DNA of 64,000 nt, from contig CM039000.1 in assembly GCA_017499595.2 (NCBI GenBank), positions 3,658,001 through 3,722,000 on the forward strand, read 5' to 3'. The stretch's first letter is position 1, and each line of letters begins with the position of its first letter. Source of the stretch: Psilocybe cubensis. Taxonomy: Eukaryota. This document shows, piece by piece, positions 47,931 to 61,093 of this stretch. The notes below the pieces were generated by a model that saw only the letters and a list, made by a program, of their open reading frames with translations, was not told the origin of the DNA and did no database searches. The position numbers and the translations under genes are program-made.

Positions 47931-49206
47931 ATCTACTTATATGCACATGTATATGTATATGTATATGTATCTCTACATCGTATCATGCAGAATTTGGTGC
48001 TTCGCGACCCAGGAATTAGGTCTAGGAGGGAAGGAGATGCAGGTGGACAATTTGAATGCGCATCATAAATCTTCCATTGCCATGAATCCATCGAATGAAT
48101 GAATGAATGAACGAGGAATGAATGAATTGACGAGCTTCGACCGAGCCTTCGATGCTAACTGCATCCCTGGACCTTTCCTTGCTTGCTTGCCCTTTTCACG
48201 TTTATTGAATAAATGTATCCATGACTCGAACCTCGCATGAGCATTTTCCCAATCACACTTGACACCATGCAATGTTACCCATCTCGATGCAAATGCAACT
48301 GTAGATGTAAATGCAACTGAAACGAGACAATATACGACAATTAATTTATTTCGCGGGGTGGATACAATTAAATACGACCATCTATCTGATCAGGGACAGT
48401 CCAAGGGCGTCAATGTCTATCATATAAAAAACACAAAAAGAAAGAAACGAAACGAAACGAAACAGACAGACAGGCAGTGCTGCGAGCTCTTCAGCAATGC
48501 ATGTGTGCATGTATGTACGTATGTGCGTGCGTGCGTGCGTGCGTGGGGTAGCGAGACCGAGACCGAGAATGAGAACAAAGAACGGCGGGGTAGAAGACAC
48601 AGGCAGAGAGGAGAGAGAGGGGAAATGTCCACAAAAAACGACCACAAAAAAACCCTACAGACCAAAAAAAAAAAAACCAAAGAAAAACACAAAAAATGAA
48701 GGGAAATTGGTACTACAGATTGAGTTTGACGTGAAGAGGGTAATACTAAGAGGAGGCAATGAACAAAAACAGGAGTAATGACAGGGCTTGGCTACGGGAG
48801 TCCAAGATAAATTAGATATACGAGTACAATGAATATGACGAGAGCGAGAGTGAGGGTAAGGTTGATCAAAACTTGAAAAAAACAACAAACTCGACAACGA
48901 AAGAACTCAATCCGCGTATCCGGGGAAAGAACGAGTGTGGTGTGTGTGTGTTGTCTGGAGGGTTTGAAAAGGCATGGATCGTTACTGGGACTGTCCGATT
49001 GCATGTGGTGTTGTTTAAAATAAAGGGAAGCGGAACGGAAAGAACATAGGGGATTCAAGAGTGAGAGTGAGAGTGAGAGTGAGGAGGATGTCTAGTTCAG
49101 GAGAAATTAAGATAGAAGCTTTGATGGTAGCGCAAGACTGAAAAGAGCGGACAAGGAATGGAATATGCTCGATATCGTTGCGGCTCTCAATGTTATCCAG
49201 TTTAAC

Positions 49207-52200
49207 TTAATAACTGAAAATCATGAGCCACGGGTTGAGCACAATCTGCAAGTGATTCAACAAATACCCATCAGTTCTGTCTTTACTCCAAAGAAGAAGA
49301 AAAAAGGAAGGAAACGCACAGGAAGCAAGATATGGCACCCGACGACGAGGGAGAGCGGGATGACGAGCGCATAGTTCCACCCTGCGATCTGCCACTCGAA
49401 CGGGACGACGTCGGTCGTGAAGATGACCATCATCGCGATGCACATGAAGCAGATGATGAAGGAGAGCTTGAAGCGCTGCCAGATACGCGGGACTAGAGTA
49501 AATTAATATTCATTAGTACATGTTCAAGGAAAGTCATACGTCTACACCTGCACCAGCATCAGCACCTGCACCTCGCCAAGACAAAGACAGGCAAGGCAAG
49601 GCAAGGCAAGAATGCAGATACAGATACAGATACAGGTGAGATAAACCGGGATTGGGATTGACATACCTTCGATCCAGAACGACGAAAGCTCGACTTCCTT
49701 TCCGGTAGACCCCCAAGTCCTAATATCAAAATCGTAATCAGCAAAACCGAAGAAAAACTACATCTACATGCATGTAGAGGGGGGGTGTCACTCACATGTT
49801 GTACGAGAACAGATGGGCCAAGAGCGCGGTCGACAGATGGATACTCATCCCGCCGAAGAAGAAGAGGCTGCAACCATGACACCGCCGACAGGACAGGACA
49901 GGACAGGAGACAGGACATAGAAGCAAAGAAAAAAAAAGATAGCAGTCAGTTATCTTATCCAGTCACACAGCCCAACCCAGCGGGCAACACCAGAATACAA
50001 CCAATGCACTCACAAGAAAGGGACCCATCTCAAATTCTCAAACATCGCCGCGAACATATTCGTCTGGCCGAGCCTATACTCAAGGAGGGTATACCCCACA
50101 TTCCCTATACCCGGAAAAACGACCGTGCACGCGAGGAGAATCTCGAACGAGTGCAGGTAGAACCTGTCGAGCTGCGGTGCGAGGCCTAGGATCAGGTAGT
50201 TGAGGATAGAGCCGACTGTCGCGGCTGCTATACCATCTGTGAAATGCGTGTGGTTAGGTTAGTAATTGGTGATTGTGATTTGGTTATGTGATTGGTGATT
50301 AGGGTTTGAGAAAATGGAGGGTGGGAAGGGGAGAAGGCAAAGGGGAGGGAGGAAGAGAGGCGGAGAAGCTTGTCCATCCATCGCCTCGATCATTCGCAAT
50401 ACGACAGGGACAATGTGAAATGAAAGATGAAAGATGAAAAGATGAAAAGATGCAGTATACAAAGCACAAAAGCGACCGAGGGGGGCTCGCATCTTTGTCT
50501 TGTGCTGTCTCATCTTGTCACGACGAGCTCGGAGAAAAATGAAAAAGCCATCTCCCAATCTCTCCAAAAATAACCCAAATTAAAAGGGACAAACGGGTAC
50601 TCACAATAACTGAACATGTCTACATATCACCACGTCGACAAACGGGCAATGTGTGGGAAAAGAAAACGAGGAGATAGTTATAATTAGCACAACTGCTATC
50701 ATCGACAACCCCGGGGAGTGGGGGGAAGAGAGGGAAGAGACGTACAGGCCATCATACCGATCTTGTAGTGCACGGGAGCTGCAGACCATACGAATCCGCG
50801 CAGTTGGGGGCTGATTGGACCGCACTTCCACCATTTAATGAGAGGGTTAAAAATAATCTCGTTACAACCTATCAAACGCAAAAAAAAACGAAAAAAATCA
50901 TCAGTTAATGCACACCATCTTCACCCTCCACCACCCGCAGAAAAAAAGCAACAAAACCAAAACGCACCATAAGCATACTTCTGCCATCGCGCAAGCTCAT
51001 CCACAATCGTCAACGACACACCCTCTTTGAAGCCCCCATTCGAATACGTCGCCCATCGGAGGTTATACCCCTTCAACAAAAGCCTCAGCGCGAGATCAAA
51101 GTCCTCCGAGACGTTCGCCTCGGACCACTGCTTCTTCTTTCCGTCGGCGGGGTCGACGAAGGCGGCGTCCTGCACGGCTGACCAGCGCAGGAAGGCGTTG
51201 TGTCCGACGAACGGCGCGACTTCGCCGTTGGCGCAGCCGAGGGAGATGCACTTGTTGATGCGCCGCGTGAAGTGTGTGATACCGTTTTCGAAGTAGTGGT
51301 GTGCGACTTGCATGACATCTACCAAATCCAGTGGATCAGTATCCCATTCATTTCACCAAACAAAAAAGCAAAAAAAAAAAAAAAAGGGAAAAGGAAAGGG
51401 AAAGGGAAAGGGACATACCACTCTCATGCTGAATAATCGCACAATCCGGACTCTCATACATCTCCCTCGCCGCATCCCTAAAACAATCCTCGGGCACAAT
51501 CGTATCCGCATCAATAATCAAAATGATCTCTCCAACCCTCAACGACTTCCCATTCGCACACCACGGCCTCCACCTATTCCCGGACTCGGCGTAGATCTCC
51601 TCTTGCGCCATCTTCATCGCACGGTCTTCGAGGGATTCGTCGGCGGTGTCGTCTGCGCCCTCCGCTTCGAGCTGCGCGAGGAACTTTTCGAGTTTGAGGG
51701 AGAGCGCGAGGCCGTAGTTCATGCTTTTGTGTGGCGGGTGGGTGGGTTAGTGGACGGTGTGAAGAGAGAGGGAGGGAGGGGGAGGGGGAGATACGTACTT
51801 GCTAGCTTTCTTGAATTTCCCCGCGCGCTTGAACCCGTCAGGTGCACTCGAGTGCCCAGGCCGCGCGGTCCACCCGATATTATGGTTCGCGTAGAACGCA
51901 ATACGCTCTTTCCGGTCCGCCTCCGAGATGAGCTGTAACCCGTCGTCGCAGATGAATATCGCGGATGTACCACCTAATTACATGTACCCCGTTAACCAAC
52001 ATGAAATATATTGTTTTTTTTTTTAAAAAAAAATGGATGGGACAAACCTTGACGCGCATATGTCTGCATAGCCTTCTTCACAGAGTACACCGACGGCGCA
52101 CTGAAAGATACCACCACCACCAAGTCAGTCCGCAGTCTACAAGAAAGAAAGAAAGAAAGGGAAAAAGACTGACATAGTCAACTCAAGACTCTCCTTATAC

Positions 52201-54132
52201 ACAGGCAGCTGGATAGTGATGTGCGGGAGATTATTGTCGACTTCGGGGTTCGGATCCGGTTTGACGGCAGAGTAATACATCGAGTTTTCATGGTACTGAG
52301 CAACGGGGCCGAGGCTGAAAAAGGGGGGAAAGGGTATAGTCAGTCTCGGTAATATTGCGATTTCCCGAAAGAGGGAGAGGGAGAAGGGGAGGGTGAGAGA
52401 GAGGGTGACGTACATTAGACATATATTCCCAATAAGCTGCAAGCAGAAGAACTACACAACAAAAAATAAAAAAACGCAAATCAGATTCCTCTTCCATATT
52501 GTTTTTTTTTAAAAAAAAAAACGAAAACAATGAGAGAAACGTACGATGGAGACGCAGTATATAACCGGTAACGTCAGAACGAGCGCAAAGCGCGTCGCAT
52601 CGCCGTCGAGCCTGTATTCTTCGAGGAGGACTGCACAGCCTGCCGTCATGAAATCTGTGTGGATGATGTAAACCATAATTAGCATGTTGCGCCTGCATGT
52701 ACAATTGCGGAAACCACACAACACAAGACAACAAAGAGAGAAAAAGGAAACCAAGAAAAAGGAAAAAGACACGCACAAGCAGCCATCGCAGCGCCCAACC
52801 CAGCATAAATCGGACCAATAAGCACAAGCTTGCGCTCCTTCCTCTTCCCCGCACTGCCCTTTTCCGGATCACTCTCCCCCGCCGCTTTCGCAGGCGCGGA
52901 AGATTTGGGCTGGAGCTTCCAGCTCCACCACGAGCGCTTGTTCGTTGCGGGCGCCGTGGCGGCTGTGGCGGAGGTAGAGGGGGAGGAGGTGGAGGCGGAG
53001 GTGGCAGAGGTAGAAGAGGCTTCCTTGTTGGAGCTGGTAAGATCTGTATCGCTGGACGGCACAGACTTGACCGACACCTCCGCACCTCCCTTCTCATTCT
53101 CCTCCTTTTCATTCAAGGCAACCTGCGACCCATCAGGCGAGATCACAGCAATCGACGTCGTCGTCGAGTTCGCCGTGACCGGTCTCGTCCCCGCGCCGGT
53201 GGAAGAGGTGACGGAGACGGAGACGGACGGCGCGGAGGCGCGGTGCGCTACGACGCCCGACCCGCGCGTGCGCCATATGTGCTTGATGAGCTTTTCTTCG
53301 AATTCTTTGCAGAGGGGCAGGATGGTTTCGAGGTTGTAGCTCCAGAGGACGACGGCGCGTTCGTCGCGCTGGAGGAGGGGTGAGGTTAGCGTGTGTGAAT
53401 TAGATGGTATTGAATTGAATTAGATGGGATGGAAGGGGAGGGGGGTGGGATTGTGATTATGATTATGATTATGATTATGATTGAGTGGGTGTGAGTGAAG
53501 GTGGGTGGGATTTAAATTTAAATTTTACTCAAAGTGGAAGTATAATTGGGAGGATGGGAGGGAGGGAGGGAAGAGGTAAATGATAAATATAGACACCCGA
53601 CTTACGATAAAGGCGCCACACTGGTCTTTCTCGGCAGAGGGGAGCATATCGATGCTGTCCAAGATCTGGATGCGGGTGTTACTATCAATGTAAAGACAGT
53701 CGTCGTTCGGGCCTCTACAAAGACGCAACAAATTGCAATTAATCAACTAATAAGCAACAAAGACGAGGACTGATACTGGGACACTGACATTTTGCGGATG
53801 GCAGCTTGGACAGACGTGTTGCGTATCTTGACAGCGACGACGGGGTTGAGCTTGCGCACGGCCGCTTCGAACGGGACGAGCGCGGGGTTCTCGTACGGGA
53901 ACACGCGGAAGAAGCCGTCGTCGACGCGCAGGGCGACGCCTGTCGCGACGGTCTCCTCGAGCGGCATGAACCAGTTCTCCTGCTGCGTGGCCTCATCTAT
54001 GTGTGTTCGGTTAGTCGTTAGTATGCCTTGGGTGGGAGAGAGGGACTTGCATATTTTATGGAGCCATGCATCCCAGAGATCGTAGTCGCTGTTGTAGATG
54101 GTGACGGGGCGGGCAAAACCTCCTGCAGACAT
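49207..54132 (-). CDS. Membrane glycosyltransferase family 2 protein, many introns
   Basis: ITIQLPVYKE, NMNYGL, IILIIDADT (DxD), FVGHNAFLRW, VSEDFD, ELARWQKYAYG, C-terminal TM helices ending LNPWLMIFSY. Confidence 0.88.
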
Positions 54133-57100
54133 TGTTAAACGGATAATGTAGAAGTAAGTAACACTAAAGGGTGATTAAAGGGGAGTGAAAGTAAGCAGGG
54201 AGGAGGAGGAAAGCCGGGGGAACAGCAGCAGCCGTCTCGGAGGGGTACAAGGACGGGGCCAACTATTCTCTCAACGGGTTCTCGTGCGCTTTATACATGA
54301 ATGCTTCCCAAGAGCGTCAAACGTACAATACTCAAAGGCCATGCAGCCAGCCAGACGGGCGAGTGCAAATCGGAAATAAGTGTAAAGTTTCGACTTCGAC
54401 AGCGATGTGACATCGGCATTAACCATCCCATCAGTGACTCACCGTGACGATCTTTGTACGATGGGTCACACTCATGTCAATCTTAATGGCATTCACGATT
54501 TGTGATTTGTCGTCTTGCCTCCGTGTACATTTCATCCGTTATCATTCATTATGTATAGCGCAGGAACCAAACACACAACACAACACAACATATCGCATCC
54601 CATCGCATGGTATACATCGCCAGAACTTCTATTCCTTTTTTATTTTTATTTTTAATGTCGTTTTCAATTCCCCGTCCATCCGAGTTGTAACTCGTTCCTG
54701 TCCCTTGCTTATCACGAAAAATGATTGCGCTGTTGTTGTTGTTGTTTTTACACCACGCAAACGCTGCCGTTTGTCGCGTTCGCGTTCGTTTTATTTTTTC
54801 ACCCGCGATTTCTCCCACCTTACCACCGCCAGCCAGCCAGCCAGCCATCTGCTTGTATTCCGATTCCGAAAGTGACACAGACACAGACACAGACACAGAC
54901 ACAAACACAGCTCTCTGCGGCCATCACCATCACGCTTCGCTTCTCCCATCGCTTCTCCCAGCCCTTCTCCCAGCCCTCGCCATCGGAATGGAATGTCATC
55001 TCATGGCATGGCTATCTTTACACGCAATCCCAATCCAATCAGGTCTGTTCCAACACACTCAGACCCCCCTTTCCCATTTCCCATTTCCCATTTCCCATTT
55101 TGTGAGCACGAGCCTGAGCCGGGGCCTGGAACCTGACATGGATGGACTTGGACATGGACATGGACATGGGCATTGTAATGTCAATGAACGGTGCAGGTAT
55201 TATAGCTATCTCTCCCTCTATCTGCTGTCTAATTTACCCAAAGCCGATGATAACCCGGCTGCGAAATGCGAAAAGGCCTACGAAATCGCAATTCGCAATT
55301 CGCAATGCCACTGGCAGTACCCTCGAATGGATACAGTGTATGTGTGTCGAATGTATCCAATGTATCAGTGCTCAGTGGTTGACACCCCACGCACCCACCC
55401 CGAGACTACTCGAGAATGAAAGCTTAATGAACACACTTGATCGCGCAAGATTCCATGTGACGAGGGTAATCTAATATACAGAAGAAACGAAAAGAAGCGT
55501 CAAAAGTGTGTATGTAAGTAAGTTTTGGTTAGGTATAAGCTAGGTATTGACATTGGCCGGCCTCTGTAACGCCTCCTGGTCCGGTATGCCAGGAACAAGA
55601 ACATGAACAAGAACATGAACAATGAAAGAACAAGGCAGACCAGAACCAGAACCGGAACAGCGCTGCATGTACATGTACATGGACATTGGACATGGATAAT
55701 GGAATGGGTAATATGTAGGTAGGCCTGGGACCGCATCTGTCGTGTCGTTCGTGTCGTCGTGTCGCGTCGTCGGCATGGACAACAAGCCAGCGAGCCAGCG
55801 AACGAACACGGACATGGACACGAATATATCATCCGTCCATCCTCAACATATGCCAGTGCCATTCCCTATTCCCCATTGCATTCCTCATTCCGGAATGAGG
55901 AATGAGGCCTTGAGGAATGACTTTGGGTTGGGTTGGGTGTTGGGTTCGTGAAAGATCGCCAATCTCGCATTACATTGCCTTCTATTGCATTGGATTACAT
56001 TGCATTGGGTGACTCGTCTCGTCTTGTCGGAGTCTCTGTAAAGCGAGATAAATCGGAACGGGAACGGCAATACTAGAACACAAAACACAAAATCACAAAG
56101 GTTCTCTCGTGCTCGTGTATGTTATTTTTACACCCCTCCGCCTCCGCCTCCTCCTCTTCTCTCTCTTTTTTTCCCTCCCTTCCCTTCCCTCCGTCTATAT
56201 GTGTCTTTATTAATTTATAATTAACCAACTGAATTCCAATTCCAGATTGCAGATTGATGATTGATGATTGATGATTGGTGGTTTTTCCACACATGCCCTC
56301 GGGATATGATCGATACAGATACAGCTTTTGGTTTTGGTTTTGGCAAGTGACAGTGACAGGCGTGTGTGTTTTTCCTTCTCCCCCCTCGCCTCGCCTTGCC
56401 TCACGCACCCCCTTCCCCCCCACCCCCCCCCCCCCCAGCATCTTCGACTGTTCGACCTGCCATTACATTCCCACCCGGAAGAAAGAGAAGGAAGAAGGAG
56501 AAGGGGGTGATAAAGTTCACACACCCACACCTGAAATGGAAATGAAATAATGAAATCGCATCTTGCTCCGCAGAAGTTAGGCTCGAGCTCGAGCTCGGGC
56601 TCGAGCTCGGTTTTTTTTTTCAGGGGTTCTTGTTCTTGTTCTTTGCTGGAGATGCACTGCTGGAGATGCACTGCACCCCCGCACGACTAGAAGTTAGAAC
56701 GCAGTCCGCGTCCGTGTCCGCGTCCGTGCCCCGTGTCCGGCTGCCTATTTCCTATTCCCTATATCCTATTTCCCCCTTTTCACCATCGCCCCCCCCCCCC
56801 TCCTCATTGTTATACTCCGATCGAAGAAGGGGGAAGGGTACTTTGCTTTGCTCTGTGTTTGCGCGGTTCACGTAAAAACGGGTGTAAATCTGATGAGCGA
56901 TGAGCACGAAGTGCGCCATTCTTGCAGTCACCACACACAACAACGACAAGTCAAAGGCAAAGGGACGAAAACGAAAATTGAACCGAAAGATCGCACGTAG
57001 GGGATAACACTCGCACTTCCCACCCAGCCAGCCATTCCGGTCAGCTATCAATCACAAATCACGAATCGCAATCATCTTGTCCTGTCGTGTCCTGTCTGTT

Positions 57101-57520
57101 CTGTTCTGGTCTGTTCTGGTCTGCCCCTGGACGCAAATACAGATTCGATTCGACTCGATTCCCGTGTCCCCTTGCGTCTCGTGTCGTGGATTTTTTAATT
57201 TTTTGCATTTTTGTTTATTTTGTTTTCTGAGCATCCTGCCCGGGCTCGGAAGAACTTTGCAGATTGCAAAAGTGAGAGATAGATAGAGAGGGTTCCCTCC
57301 CTTGTCATCGGCGCAAGCAAAGTTACTTGATACAATCCCGCATTGCGTTGACATATGTCCTGCCAGTGCTAGGCACCGTATATACTCCCTCGGTCTTATA
57401 AAACTCTTTCTGCCTTCGCACCTTGCGCACCCCCCTTTTTCCGCCCCTGCGACTCCCTCCACTCCCTTTCTCCGCTTCTTTCTCCGTCGTCGTCGTCGTC
57501 GTCGTCTCCATCGTCAAGTC

Positions 57521-59431
57521 ATGTCCGACACCACCACCAGCAGTGTCCGGGAAAAGGAGCCCACCACCTCCTCCTCCTCTTCCACCTCCTCTCCTTCACA
57601 CACCACCACGCGGCCCGTAACAGCCCACAGCACCAGCACCACCACCGACTCAACACGGCCTAACACGGCCGCCTCCGCCTCCGCCTCCTCGGACCCCTTC
57701 GCCTCGCCGCACTCCAGCCGCGCGCCCTCCATCCACCACCAGCCCCCAAGCCCTAGCTCATCCAAAGTCTCTTTCCCCGACTCGACGTTCAGCGCGACGG
57801 CCGCTGCCGCTGCCGTGGCGTCGCGCAGGTCGATATTGAGCCAGTCGGGCTTTGCGACGCCGGCGTTCTCCTCGGCTGTGTCGAGCGCTTCGCGGCTCTC
57901 GGCGATCCATTTGGCGAATAGCGCTAATCATCATCATAATAATAATAACGCCAACGCCAACTCCAATGGTACCGCAAATGGCAATGGCAATGGCACCGCA
58001 AACGCACACACACCCGGCGCGCCCAAACCCAAATTCCCGCGCATGAAATCGCACATGCTGCCCGAAGGCACCGAAGTGTCCAAGCCGTGGGCCGCGAAGA
58101 AGAACCCGCGCGCCGTGTTCTCGTACTGGATCGTCTACTTCATCATCTTCATCGGGCTGGCGGGCGGCGCGGTGCAGTGCTACTTCACATGGAAGAATGT
58201 CGCGCTGGACACGGCGCCGCTGTGTTTGGTCCTCGAGGAGAACTTTGATAGCGAGGAGGGCGTGTTTGGTGAGAATGGCACGTTTTTTAGGGAGGTCAAT
58301 ATGGATGGGTTTGGGTGTGTATTCTGTCTTTTTTTTTCGTCTTTTTTTTTTCTTTAAAGATAAATTGTTTTAACGATGTGTACTATGACACAGAAACGGC
58401 GAATTCGAAATGACCACCTCCTCACGGAACAACTCCTTCGTGCAAAACGGCAACCTCTACATCGTACCAACCCTCACATCCGACAACATCGGGATGGACG
58501 CAGTAATGGACGGCACAGTGTACAACATCACAGACTGCACATTCAACCTCACCCGCCCCGACAACGGCTTCGTCACCCTCGACGGCGTACGCCAATTCGA
58601 CTGGGCATCATATTATCGCTCGTGTAGTGCTGTGAGCAATAGGACGGCGGGGACGGTGATTAATCCGGTGCAGAGTGCGCGGTTGACGACGCAGAGGAGT
58701 GCGAGTATTAAGTTTGGGCGGGTGGAGATTAGGGCGAAGATGCCGAATGGGTATGTGGAGTTTTCTTCTTTGGTTGCTTTTTGGTTGCTTTTTTTGCCGC
58801 TTTGAGGCGGTTCGGTGGCTTTCAATTATCTGGATCTGACGGTGGCTTTTTCTTCCCCCTTTTGCAGAGATTGGGTAAGCAAGCGCCCGTTCCCATTCCG
58901 GTACCACTAATCATTGTCCACTAACGATACTACGTTTTTTTGAACTAGTTGTGGCCTGCGATATGGATGCTCCCCCGCGACAACGTGTACGGTCCTTGGC
59001 CTTTGAGCGGTACGTACGCTTTTTCCGCTTTTCCGCTTTTCTTTTCTTTCTCCCTTTTTTTTTTTTTTTTTTTTTCCACTTTGTCCACTTCTTTCGATAC
59101 CCAATTCTTTGTAATTCGTAATTCGTAATTCCTAATTCCTAAAACCCTACCACACCCATTTGTATTGGCATTGCGAACGCGAACCTGACTGACACCGCCT
59201 CATCTTCTTTTTTGTTTTCTGTTCATCTTCCATCTAGGCGAAATTGACATCGTAGAGTCGCGCGGCAACGGGATACGGTATACCGCTCAGTAAGTCCGCA
59301 GTCCGCATTTTTTCAGTTTTCACCAGTCTGTAATCCGCCTTGCGCGTCTTCTCTTTTGAGTCCGAGTCCGAGTCTTTTTTATCTGCCCGCATATCCCAGA
59401 AATTACAAGTCCATTCTTTTTTTTTTTTTTT

Positions 59432-59462
<31 letters not shown>

Positions 59463-61093
59463 GAGGAAGGCGGTGCACGGCCTCAATCTCAATCTCAACC
59501 TCAATCTCAATCTTCATCTCACCTCAATTTTCCAATTCTCAATTCTCAATTTCTCCTTACATACCCAACGACCCACCCTTTCACCTTACTTACCCACTTA
59601 CCCACTTACCCCCGTACCCCCGTACCCACTTCTCACTTACTCTACTCACCTCTCATCCCACAGCGGCTCGAACTTCGTCCAAGGCGCGCTGAACTGGGGC
59701 CCGGCGCAGAACCTGAACGGCGCTAGCAAGTCCTACAGCTGGTGGACGGACAAGCGCAAGTCGTTCGCGGCGGATTTCCATACGTATGTGTTGGAGTGGA
59801 CGCCTACGTTCCTGTACGTCTTTTCTTTTTCTTTTTCTTTTTCTTACTTTGTGTTGTTTGTTCGGATGAGTAATGATTTTCTGACTTTCCTTTTTCCAAT
59901 CTCCTATTCGTATTCGTATTCGCGTTCGTATCCGTATTTGCATTCACACAGCCGGATATCAGTCGACACGCGTCTGCACACGCTCCTCGACATGCGCTTC
60001 AACGAGCCGTTCTTCAAGCGCGGCCAGTTCCCGGACGTCATCAACAACGGCTCCAGCCTCGTCGCGCTCGAAAACCCGTGGATTAACGGCACGAACGCGA
60101 CGCCTTTTGATCAGGGTGCGTCTGTCCTTGGTCTGTATCTCGGAAGAGTGAAGCTGACCTTGACATCATTGTACATCACAGAATTTTATTTGATTCTGAA
60201 TGTGGGCGTTGGCTCGACGAACGGGTGGTTCCCGGAGGGACAAGGAAACAAGCCGTGGCTTGACCGTGCACAAAGTGCGTTTGGCGTCCGTCCATTGTGT
60301 TCATACGTTCATGCTTTCATAAATCTAACGATCTACCTCGAATTATCGAATTATCGAATTATCGAATTATAGACCCGCCACACGATTTTGCGGCGTCGCT
60401 TGCGCAGTGGTATCCCACTTGGCCGTCGAATGTGGAGGACCGTGCTATGGTTGTGTACGTCCACATCTCTCATCTGTATGATTTTTGCGGATTTTTTTTT
60501 GCTTACTGATGCCTTCCTTGTTTTTTTTTTTTTTTTTTTTTTTTTTTGCATATTCCATTTCCTTTCCTTTCCTTTCTTCCGCAATCGGCTGGTTTTAACA
60601 TTCTCACTCCCGTCTTGTCTATCGATGGATGGCTGCGTGTCAACCCTCAACTGCAACTTCAAACATTTCCCCATTTCCCATCTGTTCGCATTCCATCGAC
60701 ATCGACGACCTCTGACTTGACTTTGACTTTGACTTTGACTTTGACTTGACTTGATTGACCCTGGATGCGGACTCTGATGCGGACCCTGTCCATTTCCCAT
60801 TTTCCCATCTCCCAATTCGCATTTCGCAATTCGCAATGCCGATACCGACGTCCAACGGTCCGACCTACCTCGCTGACCGCCACTGACTGACTTGCCACTG
60901 ACTTGCCACTGACTGATGGATGATGGACGACCGATGGACGACGAACAAACGACGGAACGATGATCTCCTCATTTCGGAAATATCTATTTTTATCTCGTTA
61001 TCTTTTTTTTTTGGCCACATGGTTGCACTTTCCCGTCCCGTCCCGTTTTTACGGATGTATAGTGACTATGTCAAGATGTGGCGGCACTGCTGA
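57521..61093 (+). CDS. Membrane-anchored glycoside hydrolase family 16 (beta-1,3-glucanase / glucan-binding-like)
   Basis: S/T-rich N-terminus, TM YWIVYFIIFIGLAGGAV, NPVQSARL, FGRVEIRAKMP, WPAIWMLP, GEIDIVESRGN (ExDxxE), FHTYVLEWT, PFDQEFYLILNV; last exon DYVKMWRHC*. Confidence 0.92.

Noticed and set aside
54185-57500. Many 60-230 aa ORFs between GT2 and GH16 (also 48000-49100 and 61100-62900)
   Set aside because: Low-complexity SSR-derived frames in intergenic DNA.
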